Assembly: GCA_943358095.1 (NCBI GenBank)
Contig: CALRGT010000005.1
Span: 1 to 62,574, forward strand
DNA: 62,574 nt
Direction of reading: 5' to 3'
From: an uncultured Candidatus Saccharimonas sp.
GTDB lineage: Bacteria; Patescibacteriota; Saccharimonadia; Saccharimonadales; AQU-01
Below are positions 1 through 8,775 of the stretch, piece after piece. How positions within the stretch are numbered: the stretch's first letter is position 1; every line of letters starts with the position of its first letter. The notes under the pieces were generated by a model. It searched no databases and was not told the DNA's origin. It worked only from the letters and a program-made list of their open reading frames with translations. The position numbers and the translations under genes are program-made.

Positions 1-845
1 GTAACGCCATTAGCCCTGATCTTCAGTATTACCGCATGAGTCTCACTCCGAGTCTTCTTGATAAGGTGCGAGTAAATATTAAAAGCGACATGGTTCGTTC
101 AGATGATAACGAATTTGCATTATTCGAAATCGGAAAAGCACATGTCAAAAGTTTACAAGACTCTAAGGAAACAGACTTGCCGGCAGAATTAAACTTGCTG
201 GCCATGGTATTTGCGGCTGATGACAAAACTGCTGCAAGAAAATATAGCGGGTCGCCTTATTACATAGCGATTAAATATCTCACAGTATTGTTAAGGAAAT
301 TGGGCTTGAATTATGAGGTCGAGGCCTACGACCATGAGCCAACAAAAACTGAAGGTAGAATGTTGGTAGCTCCATTCGAGCCTGTCCGTACTGCAATAAT
401 AAAAGTGAATGGTAAGACTGCCTGTTTGGTCGGCGAATACAGAAGTGCAGTTAAGCAAAAACTTAAGTTGCCATCTTTTACAGCTGGCTTTGAACTTGAT
501 CTTAATGTGATTCTTAAAGCCGACAAGAACCAAGCTGCCTACGTGGCTCTACCAAAGTTTCCAAAAGTTCAACAAGATATGACCTTAAAAATACCATCAA
601 ATATTAAATTTGGTGATGTATCTAGCTTCATGGCAGGTGAAATCAAAAGATTGAACCCAGATAATTCTCACTGGGATCTAGACACGGTTGATATTTATCA
701 ATCAGACGACGCTAGTCACAAAAATGTAACATTTAGACTTTGGATAAGCGCCCATGATAGAACGCTAACGGCTGAATCAGTAAATAGTTTGCTAGATAAT
801 GTTGCGAAGTCCGCAAATGAGAAATTCGGCGCCGAGAGACTATGA
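1..845 (+). CDS. pheT: Phenylalanine--tRNA ligase beta subunit, C-terminal part (5' end lies outside the window)
   Basis: The frame is open from the window edge (NAISPDLQYYRMSLTPSLL...). The C-terminal FDX-ACB-like block PKFPKVQQDMTLKIP...NVTFRLWISAHDRTLTAESVN is typical of PheT. Stop TGA at 843-845. Confidence 0.85.
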   Translation, partial: NAISPDLQYYRMSLTPSLLDKVRVNIKSDMVRSDDNEFALFEIGKAHVKSLQDSKETDLPAELNLLAMVFAADDKTAARKYSGSPYYIAIKYLTVLLRKLGLNYEVEAYDHEPTKTEGRMLVAPFEPVRTAIIKVNGKTACLVGEYRSAVKQKLKLPSFTAGFELDLNVILKADKNQAAYVALPKFPKVQQDMTLKIPSNIKFGDVSSFMAGEIKRLNPDNSHWDLDTVDIYQSDDASHKNVTFRLWISAHDRTLTAESVNSLLDNVAKSANEKFGAERL

Positions 846-885
846 AGAAGTTAGTAATACGATCAATAGTCGGAGGTAGTTTGTA

Positions 886-2664
886 GTGAAGCACATTTGG
901 CGAATAATCACATCCACTAAAGTTCTGTGGCCATATTATTTGGCGGTTTCAGTTTTTAGCGTTTTGGTGTCAGTGATGAGCACTATACAGCCTATATTTA
1001 CCAAAGGTGCAATTGACCAAGTACAGAAAATTGTTGGCGGTGGTCACGCTAACGTTAAGCTAGTAGCCATATTTGCTTTCGCTATATTCCTAGCAGATGT
1101 TGGCCAGACGGTTTTTAGTAACATTGGTGGATATTTGGGTGACATTATGTCCGTCAAATTAAAGCAATTACTTCAAAACCGCTACTACAGCCACCTACTT
1201 AGCTTGCCGCAAAAATACTTCGACGCTGAGCTTTCCGGCAAAATCATAAACCGAATGAATCGTGGAATTGGCCAGATTGGTGACTTTGCCCAGATGTATA
1301 GTAATAACTTTTTGCAGTTTATTTTTAGCACGATAATGTCGCTAGTTATTGTAAGTTACTATTCATGGCAAGTAGCTGTAATGTTGGCGCTACTTTATCC
1401 CGTTTTTGTATGGTTAACCGCTAAAACAAGCAGTCGCTGGCAAGATTATCAGACGCAAATAAATAAACATTTAGACGTTTCTAGTGGCCGTTTTGCGGAA
1501 AGTGTTAGCCAAGTAAAGGTTGTTAAAAGTTTTATACAGGAGGCGCGAGAGCTTAGCTTCTTTAATAAACACCTTAAGTCGGCAGTTGATATAACTAGGC
1601 CGCAAAGTCGTTACTGGCACAATCAAGACGTGTTTCGTAGATTAGTTTTGAATGTGATATTTCTAGCGGTTTCTGCTTATATATTTATTGAGACGGCTAA
1701 TGGTAGGTTCACAGTAGGTCAGATGGTGCTGTTGATCCAGTACGCTGCTTTAGTTCGTATGCCCATATTTAGTATTAGCTACTTGATTGATCAAACCCAG
1801 AGAGCTATTGCAGACAGTAAAGATTTCTTTGAAGTTCTTGATGAGCAGCCAGATATTGCTGATCATAAAGACGCAAAAGATCTAGTTATAAAACAGGGTG
1901 AAATATCTTATAAAGAAGTAAGCTTTAGCTATCACCACGAGCCTGTTTTGAAGGGGCTTAATTTCACAATAAAGCCTGACACAAAAGTTGCCTTGGTGGG
2001 TGAGTCCGGCGAGGGTAAGACAACTATAACTAATCTTTTGATGCGTTTATATGAGCCGCAATCCGGAGAGATATTGATAGATGGTCAAAATATCAATGAA
2101 GTTACTCAAGCTAGTTTACGGTCACAGATTGGCGTTGTGTTTCAGGATCCAGCATTATTTAGCGGCACTATTGCCGAGAATATCGGCTACGCTAAGCAGT
2201 CACCAAATACAGAAGAAATTATTGCAGCAGCTAAATCCGCAAACGCTCATGAATTTATTGCTAAGCTCGAAAAAGGTTACGACACAGAGATCGGCGAAAG
2301 AGGACTTAGACTGTCTGGTGGTCAAAAGCAGCGTATTGCTATCGCTAGAGCTCTATTAAAAGACGCTCCAATCTTGATCCTGGACGAAGCCACGTCTAGT
2401 TTGGATAGTAAGAGTGAGGCTATGGTCCAGCAGGCCCTAGTTAACTTAATGAAGGGCCGCACGACTATTATTATTGCTCACCGCTTAAGTACTATTCAAA
2501 ATGTTGACGAAATCATAACAATTCGTAACGGTCAGATTGACGAGATCGGTACTCCAGCCAAATTAGCCAAGTCGAACGGCATTTACGCACAACTTCTTAA
2601 ATTACAGCTAGGTAAGACAGATGACACCACTACTAAATTAAAGAAATTCGAAATCCTAGGTTAA
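886..2664 (+). CDS. ABC transporter, fused permease/ATP-binding exporter (MsbA-like)
   Basis: GTG start 9 nt after GGAGG (872-876). An N-terminal multi-TM domain is followed by Walker A GESGEGKTT, signature LSGGQKQRIAIARA and Walker B ILILDEATS. Confidence 0.9.
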   Translation: MKHIWRIITSTKVLWPYYLAVSVFSVLVSVMSTIQPIFTKGAIDQVQKIVGGGHANVKLVAIFAFAIFLADVGQTVFSNIGGYLGDIMSVKLKQLLQNRYYSHLLSLPQKYFDAELSGKIINRMNRGIGQIGDFAQMYSNNFLQFIFSTIMSLVIVSYYSWQVAVMLALLYPVFVWLTAKTSSRWQDYQTQINKHLDVSSGRFAESVSQVKVVKSFIQEARELSFFNKHLKSAVDITRPQSRYWHNQDVFRRLVLNVIFLAVSAYIFIETANGRFTVGQMVLLIQYAALVRMPIFSISYLIDQTQRAIADSKDFFEVLDEQPDIADHKDAKDLVIKQGEISYKEVSFSYHHEPVLKGLNFTIKPDTKVALVGESGEGKTTITNLLMRLYEPQSGEILIDGQNINEVTQASLRSQIGVVFQDPALFSGTIAENIGYAKQSPNTEEIIAAAKSANAHEFIAKLEKGYDTEIGERGLRLSGGQKQRIAIARALLKDAPILILDEATSSLDSKSEAMVQQALVNLMKGRTTIIIAHRLSTIQNVDEIITIRNGQIDEIGTPAKLAKSNGIYAQLLKLQLGKTDDTTTKLKKFEILG

Positions 2665-2671
2665 TAAATTT

Positions 2672-3145
2672 ATGTCTGACAGACGAGCTGTAAGAGTGAT
2701 TGCGTTTAGGGGAAGCCAGATCTTGGTAATGAAGCGCAATAAGTTTGGAAACGAATACTATACATTAATTGGTGGTGGCATTGACGCCGGAGAAGATGCC
2801 AATCAAGCGATTGTTAGGGAGGTTAAAGAAGAGACTGGGCTAGTATTAACTAACACTAGACTAGTTATAATCGAAGATTCAGGTGATCCTTTTGGCATTC
2901 AGTATATTTATGCAGCCGACTGTAGCCATGACGAGCCTAAGCTGGCCGAAGATTCCGAGGAGGCTCTTATTAGTAAAATGGGCAAAAATACCTATACGCC
3001 TATGTGGCTAGATATTGAAAGCTTCAAAAACTGTCGTTTCTTTTCCGATGTCTTAAAGATATCAATACTTCAAGGCATGAAAACGGAATTTGCCGGTGAA
3101 ATTAAAAACTTACAATCTAACTCAAAAGTAAGTTACAATAGTTAG
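2672..3145 (+). CDS. NUDIX hydrolase
   Basis: Nudix box GGGIDAGEDANQAIVREVKEETGL matches GX5EX7REUXEEXGU. Confidence 0.85.
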   Translation: MSDRRAVRVIAFRGSQILVMKRNKFGNEYYTLIGGGIDAGEDANQAIVREVKEETGLVLTNTRLVIIEDSGDPFGIQYIYAADCSHDEPKLAEDSEEALISKMGKNTYTPMWLDIESFKNCRFFSDVLKISILQGMKTEFAGEIKNLQSNSKVSYNS

Positions 3146-3174
3146 ACAATTCTAATTGAGGGAGAAAAAGTTTT

Positions 3175-3771
3175 ATGGAGTTATTCAGAGAGTGGCGTAA
3201 AAGAATCGTAGCAATTTTAGCCGCTGTGTTGTTTTTGATCACTTCAGTTGGCTTTAGCGGTATGGTGATTTGGCAAATGCGCAAAGATGGCCAAAAGAAT
3301 AAAGAGGATACCAAGCTTCAAGAAGTGCTTAAACAGGCACAGGATAAGCAATCAGCCGCACAGTCGAGTCCGGCAAGCGAACCAGTAACTAAAAAGGAGG
3401 GTAAATTGGAAGGAACAAAATTAGCAGGCTTTACGCCGCAAGGAACGGTTACGACACTACAAATAACTGATCCTATCGTAGGAACAGGAGCTGAAGTTAA
3501 GGCTTCAGACACAATAACAGCTCACTACACGGGTGCGCTAGTTGCAGACGGTACAATCTTCCAGAGCTCATTAGACTCAGGCCGTCCTTTTACTAGTGCT
3601 CTAAGTGGTCTTATTAAGGGCTGGCAGGCTGGCATTCCAGGCATGAAGGTTGGCGGCACTCGTCGACTAGTAATTCCTGCTGAGCAAGCTTATGGATCTC
3701 AATCACAAGCTGGCATTCCAGCAAATTCTGACCTAGTGTTCGACATTCAACTGATAAGCATTGGCAATTAA
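3175..3771 (+). CDS. FKBP-type peptidyl-prolyl cis-trans isomerase with N-terminal membrane anchor
   Basis: A hydrophobic N-terminal helix (IVAILAAVLFLITSVGFSGMVIW) is followed by an FKBP_C block: AHYTGALVADGTIFQSS...LIKGWQAGIPGMKVGGTRRLVIPAEQAYG...LVFDIQLISI. GAGGGAG SD upstream. Confidence 0.85.
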   Translation: MELFREWRKRIVAILAAVLFLITSVGFSGMVIWQMRKDGQKNKEDTKLQEVLKQAQDKQSAAQSSPASEPVTKKEGKLEGTKLAGFTPQGTVTTLQITDPIVGTGAEVKASDTITAHYTGALVADGTIFQSSLDSGRPFTSALSGLIKGWQAGIPGMKVGGTRRLVIPAEQAYGSQSQAGIPANSDLVFDIQLISIGN

Positions 3772-3799
3772 CAGATTAGCGACAAGTCATAAACACAAC

Positions 3800-3833
3800 A
3801 TATAGCGTATTGCTAAAACCATAAACGCTATAT
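3800..3833. promoter_or_regulatory. Perfect 9-bp inverted repeat (ATATAGCGT-N16-ACGCTATAT) abutting a TATAAT box (3833-3838) upstream of the Grx-like gene
   Basis: Read directly: 3800-3808 is the reverse complement of 3825-3833. It could be an operator or a weak terminator of the FKBP gene. Confidence 0.4.
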
Positions 3834-3886
3834 ATAATTGATTTAAGCACTAGAAAAATATAAATAACTTCAGAGGAGCCAAAAAA

Positions 3887-4135
3887 ATGCCTAAAAACAT
3901 CACTATTTTCACCACCAATACATGTGCCTATTGTGTTATGGTCAAGCGTTGGTTAGGGGCAAAAGGCTTCACCTATGAAGAGGTTAATCTTGACGAGTTT
4001 CCAGAAAGACAGCAAGAAGCTATGCAAGTTAGCGGGCAGATGGCGGTGCCGGTAACAGTCATTACCAAGCACGACGACTCTCAAGAAGTTGTCGTTGGCT
4101 ATAATCTTGCTAAGCTAGCACCAGCCGTCGCCTAG
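3887..4135 (+). CDS. Glutaredoxin-like protein (Grx/NrdH family)
   Basis: 82 aa with N-terminal ITIFTTNTCAYCVMVKRWL carrying a CxxC redox motif in thioredoxin-fold context. GAGGAG SD upstream. Confidence 0.8.
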   Translation: MPKNITIFTTNTCAYCVMVKRWLGAKGFTYEEVNLDEFPERQQEAMQVSGQMAVPVTVITKHDDSQEVVVGYNLAKLAPAVA

Positions 4136-4202
4136 GAATAGTCGATTATTTAATACTTATTCGTGACTCAACTCGCGCGAATCAACGAAATAATATAATG
4201 AA

Positions 4203-5183
4203 ATGGTTAAACAAATGACAAAAGACACTACACCAACACATGACGTAATAATGATCGGTGCTGGTCCAGCATCTCTTAGCGCGGCCATATATACGACCCG
4301 CGAAGATGTCGACACACTCATATTCGAAAAGGGTGCTATCGGTGGATTAGCGGCAATAACTGACTGGATTGATAATTATCCAGGTTTTGCTAAAGGTGTA
4401 GCTGGGCTTGAGTTGGCTGATAGTTTATGGCAGCAGGCAGAAAGATTTGGCGCCAAAATTGAGTTAGGCGAAGTCACAGAAATTATTAACGAAGGCAAGT
4501 TCAAAAGACTTAAGACTACAAGTGGCGACTATTTGGCTAAGGCTGTACTTATCGCAACCGGTAGTGATTATAAAAAACTGGGTATTCCAGGCGAAAAAGA
4601 ATATTATGGACGAGGAGTCCATTACTGCGCAACTTGTGATGGAGCTTTCTACAGAGACAAGCACTTGGTAGTTGTCGGTGGCGGCAACTCTGCTGTACAA
4701 GAGGCTATATTTTTGACTAGATTCACAAAAGGTATTGATTTGTTAGTACGCGGTGATAAATTTAGAGCTTCTGAGGTTCTTCAGCACGAATTAGCTAAGA
4801 ACAAAGACAAAATAACTGTGCATATGAACACCACTACTGACGAAATAAGCGGCGTACTACCAACAGGAAAACCACCAACTGGCGGCAAAGTCACCAAAGT
4901 AATAGGCACAAATAAGCTTACCGGTAAAAAAGTCGAGTTTCCTACTGACGGCGTATTTATTTTTGTTGGACTTAGTCCGAACACTGAGTTTGTAAAGGGT
5001 AGCGATATCGAACTAGACAAAGTTGGGCTGATTAAAACCGGTCAACTTCTCGAGACTAGTATGCCTGGTGTATTTGCTGCAGGGGATGTACGTAGCGGTG
5101 CAACTATGCAGATTGCTAGTGCTACTGGTGAAGGCGCAACAGCTGCTCTAATTATTCGTAAATATCTTGAAGGCCATGCATAA
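4203..5183 (+). CDS. trxB: Thioredoxin-disulfide reductase
   Basis: FAD motif IGAGPASLSAA, redox-active CATCDG, NADPH motif VVGGGNSAVQEA and FAAGDV near the C-terminus. An alternative start is the ATG at 4215. Confidence 0.9.
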   Translation: MVKQMTKDTTPTHDVIMIGAGPASLSAAIYTTREDVDTLIFEKGAIGGLAAITDWIDNYPGFAKGVAGLELADSLWQQAERFGAKIELGEVTEIINEGKFKRLKTTSGDYLAKAVLIATGSDYKKLGIPGEKEYYGRGVHYCATCDGAFYRDKHLVVVGGGNSAVQEAIFLTRFTKGIDLLVRGDKFRASEVLQHELAKNKDKITVHMNTTTDEISGVLPTGKPPTGGKVTKVIGTNKLTGKKVEFPTDGVFIFVGLSPNTEFVKGSDIELDKVGLIKTGQLLETSMPGVFAAGDVRSGATMQIASATGEGATAALIIRKYLEGHA

Positions 5184-5184
5184 G

Positions 5185-5301
5185 CAATTGGTCATTTAAA
5201 CATTGACCATTGATACATTAATTTATCATTTAACATTTAGACATTGAAGCTACAATGACAAAATGACACCCTGAGTAAATTAATGTATCAATGATAAATT
5301 G
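5185..5301. repeat. Dispersed quasi-palindromic intergenic repeat, copy A (full length)
   Basis: Perfect 17-bp arms CATTGATACATTAATTT (5208-5224) and AAATTAATGTATCAATG (5277-5293) surround the core CATTG-aagcta-CAATG (5242-5257). The arms are made of CATT(G/T)A units spaced 7-9 bp. Related copies lie at 13711-13799 and 55061-55190. Confidence 0.8.
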
Positions 5302-5308
5302 GAGCTAC

Positions 5309-6019
5309 TTATGTTAAGTCTGCAGGATAGCCAGGGAAGAAATCTCCGACAAGTTGGCTTTCGTGTAGGCCATGCTCTAGAAGGCCTTTTTGCAAGGCCT
5401 CAACCATTTGTTCTGGCCCAGATATGTAGATGCGCTGGTTTGTGATTGGTCCTACTAATTCGATAATTCTCTCAGCAGTCAGTCTGCCGACCTCACCATT
5501 CCAGCCAGGAGATGGACTGCTAACTATTTCGATTGGTTTGTCGCCATATTCGGCAAAAGTATCAGCAAAAACAATGTCTTGTTCGGTGTTTGCAGCGAGT
5601 AGTACCTTTATATCGCGCAGCTCCTTGGTGTCGTTGAGCCACTTAATAATGCTGCGATAAGGAGTTACGCCTATTCCGCCGGCAATAAATATCAACGGAA
5701 GAGTTGCGTCTTTTGGTAGTACGAAGTCACCCATAGCTTCAGAAATTTCTATCTCGTCGCCAATCACCAAAGTATGAAGATGATGCTTAAAGTCACTACT
5801 ATTTTTATCAGCAAACTTGGTTGTTATTGTCAGTAAGTCTTCTGTCGGCGAGGATGAAAGCGTAAACCATCTTTTTGGGCCACGGCTATCAGGAGTGTTG
5901 TCGGGCAAATACATTTCGATAAATTGACCAGCTGTATACTGTAGGATTTTACTGGCGCTAAAACTAAAAGAGACCACTCCGTCGGTAATTTTATCGATTC
6001 TTTCTAATCGTGCTTTCAT
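5309..6019 (-). CDS. FAD/NAD(P)-binding oxidoreductase (ferredoxin-NADP reductase-like fold)
   Basis: RxYS-type FAD motif (RWFTLSS), a GGIGVTP nucleotide-binding motif and a two-domain size of about 235 aa. Confidence 0.75.
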   Translation of the reverse strand: MKARLERIDKITDGVVSFSFSASKILQYTAGQFIEMYLPDNTPDSRGPKRWFTLSSSPTEDLLTITTKFADKNSSDFKHHLHTLVIGDEIEISEAMGDFVLPKDATLPLIFIAGGIGVTPYRSIIKWLNDTKELRDIKVLLAANTEQDIVFADTFAEYGDKPIEIVSSPSPGWNGEVGRLTAERIIELVGPITNQRIYISGPEQMVEALQKGLLEHGLHESQLVGDFFPGYPADLT

Positions 6020-6708
6020 TTAGATTTCCTAGGCTTATTCTTGGTGAAATATTGTGGATTATTGGTGCAGATCATAACTTTTGGATACAAGAAGTGTATG
6101 AATCTAGCAAGAAATTGACTATCAATAGTATAGACCATAATATCTAGCTTATTAAATATTGCGTAGAAGTAAGTTAGCGGATTCAGGACCCAGAAGTTTA
6201 AGTCTAAACCGTCGGCGCCAATGGCTTTTGCGTTCTGCAGAAGTTCAAATGGGTTTGTGCGTGAACCAACATAGGCTTTAGTGTTTGGACTTAGTCTTTT
6301 TAGTAGTGAGATCTCGTAATGTTTAAAGGAAGCTATGGTGACTATTGCTTCAGGGAAGGCCTCGACGATATTTATAACTTTTCTGACCATATTATCTTCT
6401 TTGATCTCGATAATTACAGGAGTACGGCCTGTGGTTTCTAGCGCTTCGGATAGTAGCGGCACAGACTCGCCGTTATTCAGTTTGATCGTCTTGAGCTCTT
6501 CAAGAGTCAGATCTTTAAGCGAGCGCTTATCTTGGCTAATTTTCTTCAGGTCAGAGTCATGGCAAAGCACTACCTCGCCGTCTTTTGTTAATCTGACGTC
6601 AAACTCTATGCTGTGAGCGCCAGCATTAATACCTGCTCGCAATGATTCGAGGGTGTTTTCTAGCGCTAAACCTGCTGCGCCACGGTGACCAATAATTTTC
6701 ATTTTCAT
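6016..6708 (-). CDS. Glycerophosphodiester phosphodiesterase
   Basis: GDPD motifs IGHRGAAG, ENTLESL and IEFDVRLTKDGEVVLCHD. There is a 4-nt ATGA overlap with the downstream oxidoreductase gene. Confidence 0.85.
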   Translation of the reverse strand: MKMKIIGHRGAAGLALENTLESLRAGINAGAHSIEFDVRLTKDGEVVLCHDSDLKKISQDKRSLKDLTLEELKTIKLNNGESVPLLSEALETTGRTPVIIEIKEDNMVRKVINIVEAFPEAIVTIASFKHYEISLLKRLSPNTKAYVGSRTNPFELLQNAKAIGADGLDLNFWVLNPLTYFYAIFNKLDIMVYTIDSQFLARFIHFLYPKVMICTNNPQYFTKNKPRKSK

Positions 6709-6757
6709 AGCAACTTACTACTAGTGTACAATATTAAGCATATCTAAGGAGAAAAAT

Positions 6758-7282
6758 ATGGCAGATTACGACGAATTATATGACTTTGGTGTAAAAGACG
6801 AATTTATTTATACAGTATGTGAAATCCCAAAAGGGTCAATGAATAAAATCGAATACGACCGCGAAAAGAAGGTCTTTGTATTAGACAGAGTAGAGCCAGG
6901 TATTTTCGCAAAGCCTGTTAATTATGGATTCATTCCGCGTACGCTTGACGAAGACGGAGACGCTCTTGATACTTTGATTCTTACTGACGAAGCATTACCT
7001 ACGGGCGTTGTCGTTAAGGCTCGAGTTGTTGCTGTGCTTAATTTTGATGATGGCGGCGAGAACGACCACAAGATTGTTTGTGTGCCTGAAGATGACAGAC
7101 ACTGGGGCAATAGTATTAAATCATTGGGCGACTTGTCTGACGCCTGGAAGAACCAGATCGAACATCACTTCAACCATTACAAAGATCTGAAGAGTCCTGG
7201 GTCAACAAAAGTTCTAGGCTGGGGTGATACCGACGCTGCTTGGCAGATCATTCAGTCTTGTGCCGAAGCACTTAAGCATTGA
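6758..7282 (+). CDS. ppa: Inorganic pyrophosphatase (family I)
   Basis: EIPKGSMNKIEYD, DGDALDTLIL and HKIVCVPEDD motifs. AAGGAG SD upstream. Confidence 0.92.
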   Translation: MADYDELYDFGVKDEFIYTVCEIPKGSMNKIEYDREKKVFVLDRVEPGIFAKPVNYGFIPRTLDEDGDALDTLILTDEALPTGVVVKARVVAVLNFDDGGENDHKIVCVPEDDRHWGNSIKSLGDLSDAWKNQIEHHFNHYKDLKSPGSTKVLGWGDTDAAWQIIQSCAEALKH

Positions 7283-7306
7283 CAAATATAGAAAAACAGT
7301 TATAAT
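7279..7306 (+). promoter_or_regulatory. Sigma-70-type promoter TTGACA-N16-TATAAT; the ATG lies 9 nt after the -10 box (leaderless architecture)
   Basis: TTGACA at 7279-7284, TATAAT at 7301-7306, ATG at 7316, and no SD in between. Confidence 0.55.
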
Positions 7307-7315
7307 ATCTTACAT

Positions 7316-7654
7316 ATGGAAAATATTACACCCAGTTCAGAATCTTTTATACTAATTGGCGATATCGCACTAACACCGGAGCATAGAAATGCTTCAGCTA
7401 TCTTGCGAGCCAACGAATTTATGGGCAGTTACACAAAAATTGATGACGAACAAAATCTTGGGCTTAATCCAGAGAATCCAATAACAAGAGAAGTTGCGAA
7501 ATTATACGTTGGATACCTCGCCACTGTTGCTGATATTGACCCAGAGTTCGTAGAAATTGCTATTCCTCCTTACAAAAGAAGCGATGTGAAGAAGTTTTTG
7601 CCGTTGCTAGAAGTGCTATCTGAAGATCCTGAAGACTCCCCGGACGAACTTTAA
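7316..7654 (+). CDS. Hypothetical acidic protein (112 aa)
   Basis: ORF with its own canonical promoter and no recognisable motif. The C-terminus is acidic (SEDPEDSPDEL). Confidence 0.6.
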   Translation: MENITPSSESFILIGDIALTPEHRNASAILRANEFMGSYTKIDDEQNLGLNPENPITREVAKLYVGYLATVADIDPEFVEIAIPPYKRSDVKKFLPLLEVLSEDPEDSPDEL

Positions 7655-7684
7655 CCTTTATTTTGCCGACTAATCAGATGACGG

Positions 7685-7713
7685 TTGTCGCTACCTTGCT
7701 TTAGATATATAAT
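7685..7713 (+). promoter_or_regulatory. Candidate promoter of the gap operon (TTGTCG-N17-TATAAT), followed by the palindrome ATTACCT-ct-AGGTAAT
   Basis: TTGTCG at 7685-7690, TATAAT at 7708-7713 and a perfect 7-bp palindrome at 7712-7727. Confidence 0.45.
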
Positions 7714-7755
7714 TACCTCTAGGTAATACCGCTAATGCTTGAAGGGTAGGCAAAA

Positions 7756-8775
7756 ATGAAAACAAGAGTCGCAATTAACGGATTTGGCCGCATAGGTCGA
7801 AATGCTTTTAAGATTGCTTTTGATCGCAGTGATATCGAAATTGTTGCCATTAATGACATAACTGATACGAAAACTTTAGCTTACTTGTTGAAGCACGATA
7901 GCAACTACGGTACATACAGCCACGAAGTTGGCCACGACGACACTAACCTTATTGTCGATGGTAAGCCAATTAAAATATTAGCCGAAAAAGATCCGGCCGC
8001 TTTGCCATGGAAAGATTTAGCCGTTGATATTGTTATCGAATCAACTGGATTTTTTGTCGATCCTGCAAAAGCCAAGGCTCATATTGATGCCGGTGCCAAG
8101 AAAGTGGTCCTTAGTGGTCCTGCCAAGGGTGATGGTGCGACGACAGTAGTGCTTGGTGTTAATGAGGATAAATTAGAGACGGCAGAAGATATAATCTCTA
8201 ACGCTTCGTGTACCACCAACTGTATTACGCCGGTAGCAGCTGTTATCGAGAATGCTTTTGGTATTGAGAAAGCCATGATGACGACAGTTCATAGTTATAC
8301 TGCTAGTCAAAAACTGCAAGATGCACCTTCAAAAGATTTACGTGAAGGTCGCAACGCTGCTGAAAATATCGTGCCAACTACGACAGGCGCTTCCAAGGCA
8401 GCGGCTCTTGCTCTACCGGCTCTGGCAGGTATATTTGGTGGTCTGAGCGTGCGTGTACCGACCCCGGTTGTGTCACTTAGCGATTTTGTCATCATCACTA
8501 AGCGCGACGTCACAGTTGAAGAAGTTAACGAAGTATTTAAAAAAGCTGCTAAAGAACCATTTTACCAAGGGATACTTGAAGTAACTGAGGAAGAACTTGT
8601 TTCGAGTGATTTTATTGGCAACAGTCATTCAGCCATCGTCGACTTAAACTTAACGGCCGTGGTTGCCGGTAATATGTTAAAAGTTGTCGCTTGGTATGAC
8701 AACGAATGGGGCTATAGTAACCGATTAGTAGAAGTAGTTGCTGACACAGGCCGCATACTCAATAAAGGAAAATAA
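7756..8775 (+). CDS. gap: Glyceraldehyde-3-phosphate dehydrogenase
   Basis: NGFGRIGRN NAD-binding motif, catalytic SCTTNC and WYDNEWGYS. Confidence 0.95.
   Translation: MKTRVAINGFGRIGRNAFKIAFDRSDIEIVAINDITDTKTLAYLLKHDSNYGTYSHEVGHDDTNLIVDGKPIKILAEKDPAALPWKDLAVDIVIESTGFFVDPAKAKAHIDAGAKKVVLSGPAKGDGATTVVLGVNEDKLETAEDIISNASCTTNCITPVAAVIENAFGIEKAMMTTVHSYTASQKLQDAPSKDLREGRNAAENIVPTTTGASKAAALALPALAGIFGGLSVRVPTPVVSLSDFVIITKRDVTVEEVNEVFKKAAKEPFYQGILEVTEEELVSSDFIGNSHSAIVDLNLTAVVAGNMLKVVAWYDNEWGYSNRLVEVVADTGRILNKGK

Noticed and set aside
843-845. Alternative genetic code (UGA recoding), as in some candidate phyla
   Set aside because: TGA ends pheT, gatA (20420-20422), hisS (52632-52634) and rpoB (59007-59009) exactly where the protein families end. 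No in-frame TGA interrupts conserved genes.
5192-5260. The short tandem CATTGA-type iterations as a CRISPR array or replication iterons
   Set aside because: The units are only 6-9 bp with no unique spacers, so this is not a CRISPR array. There is no adjacent rep or dnaA gene or DnaA boxes, and the period is not helical, so an origin is unsupported.
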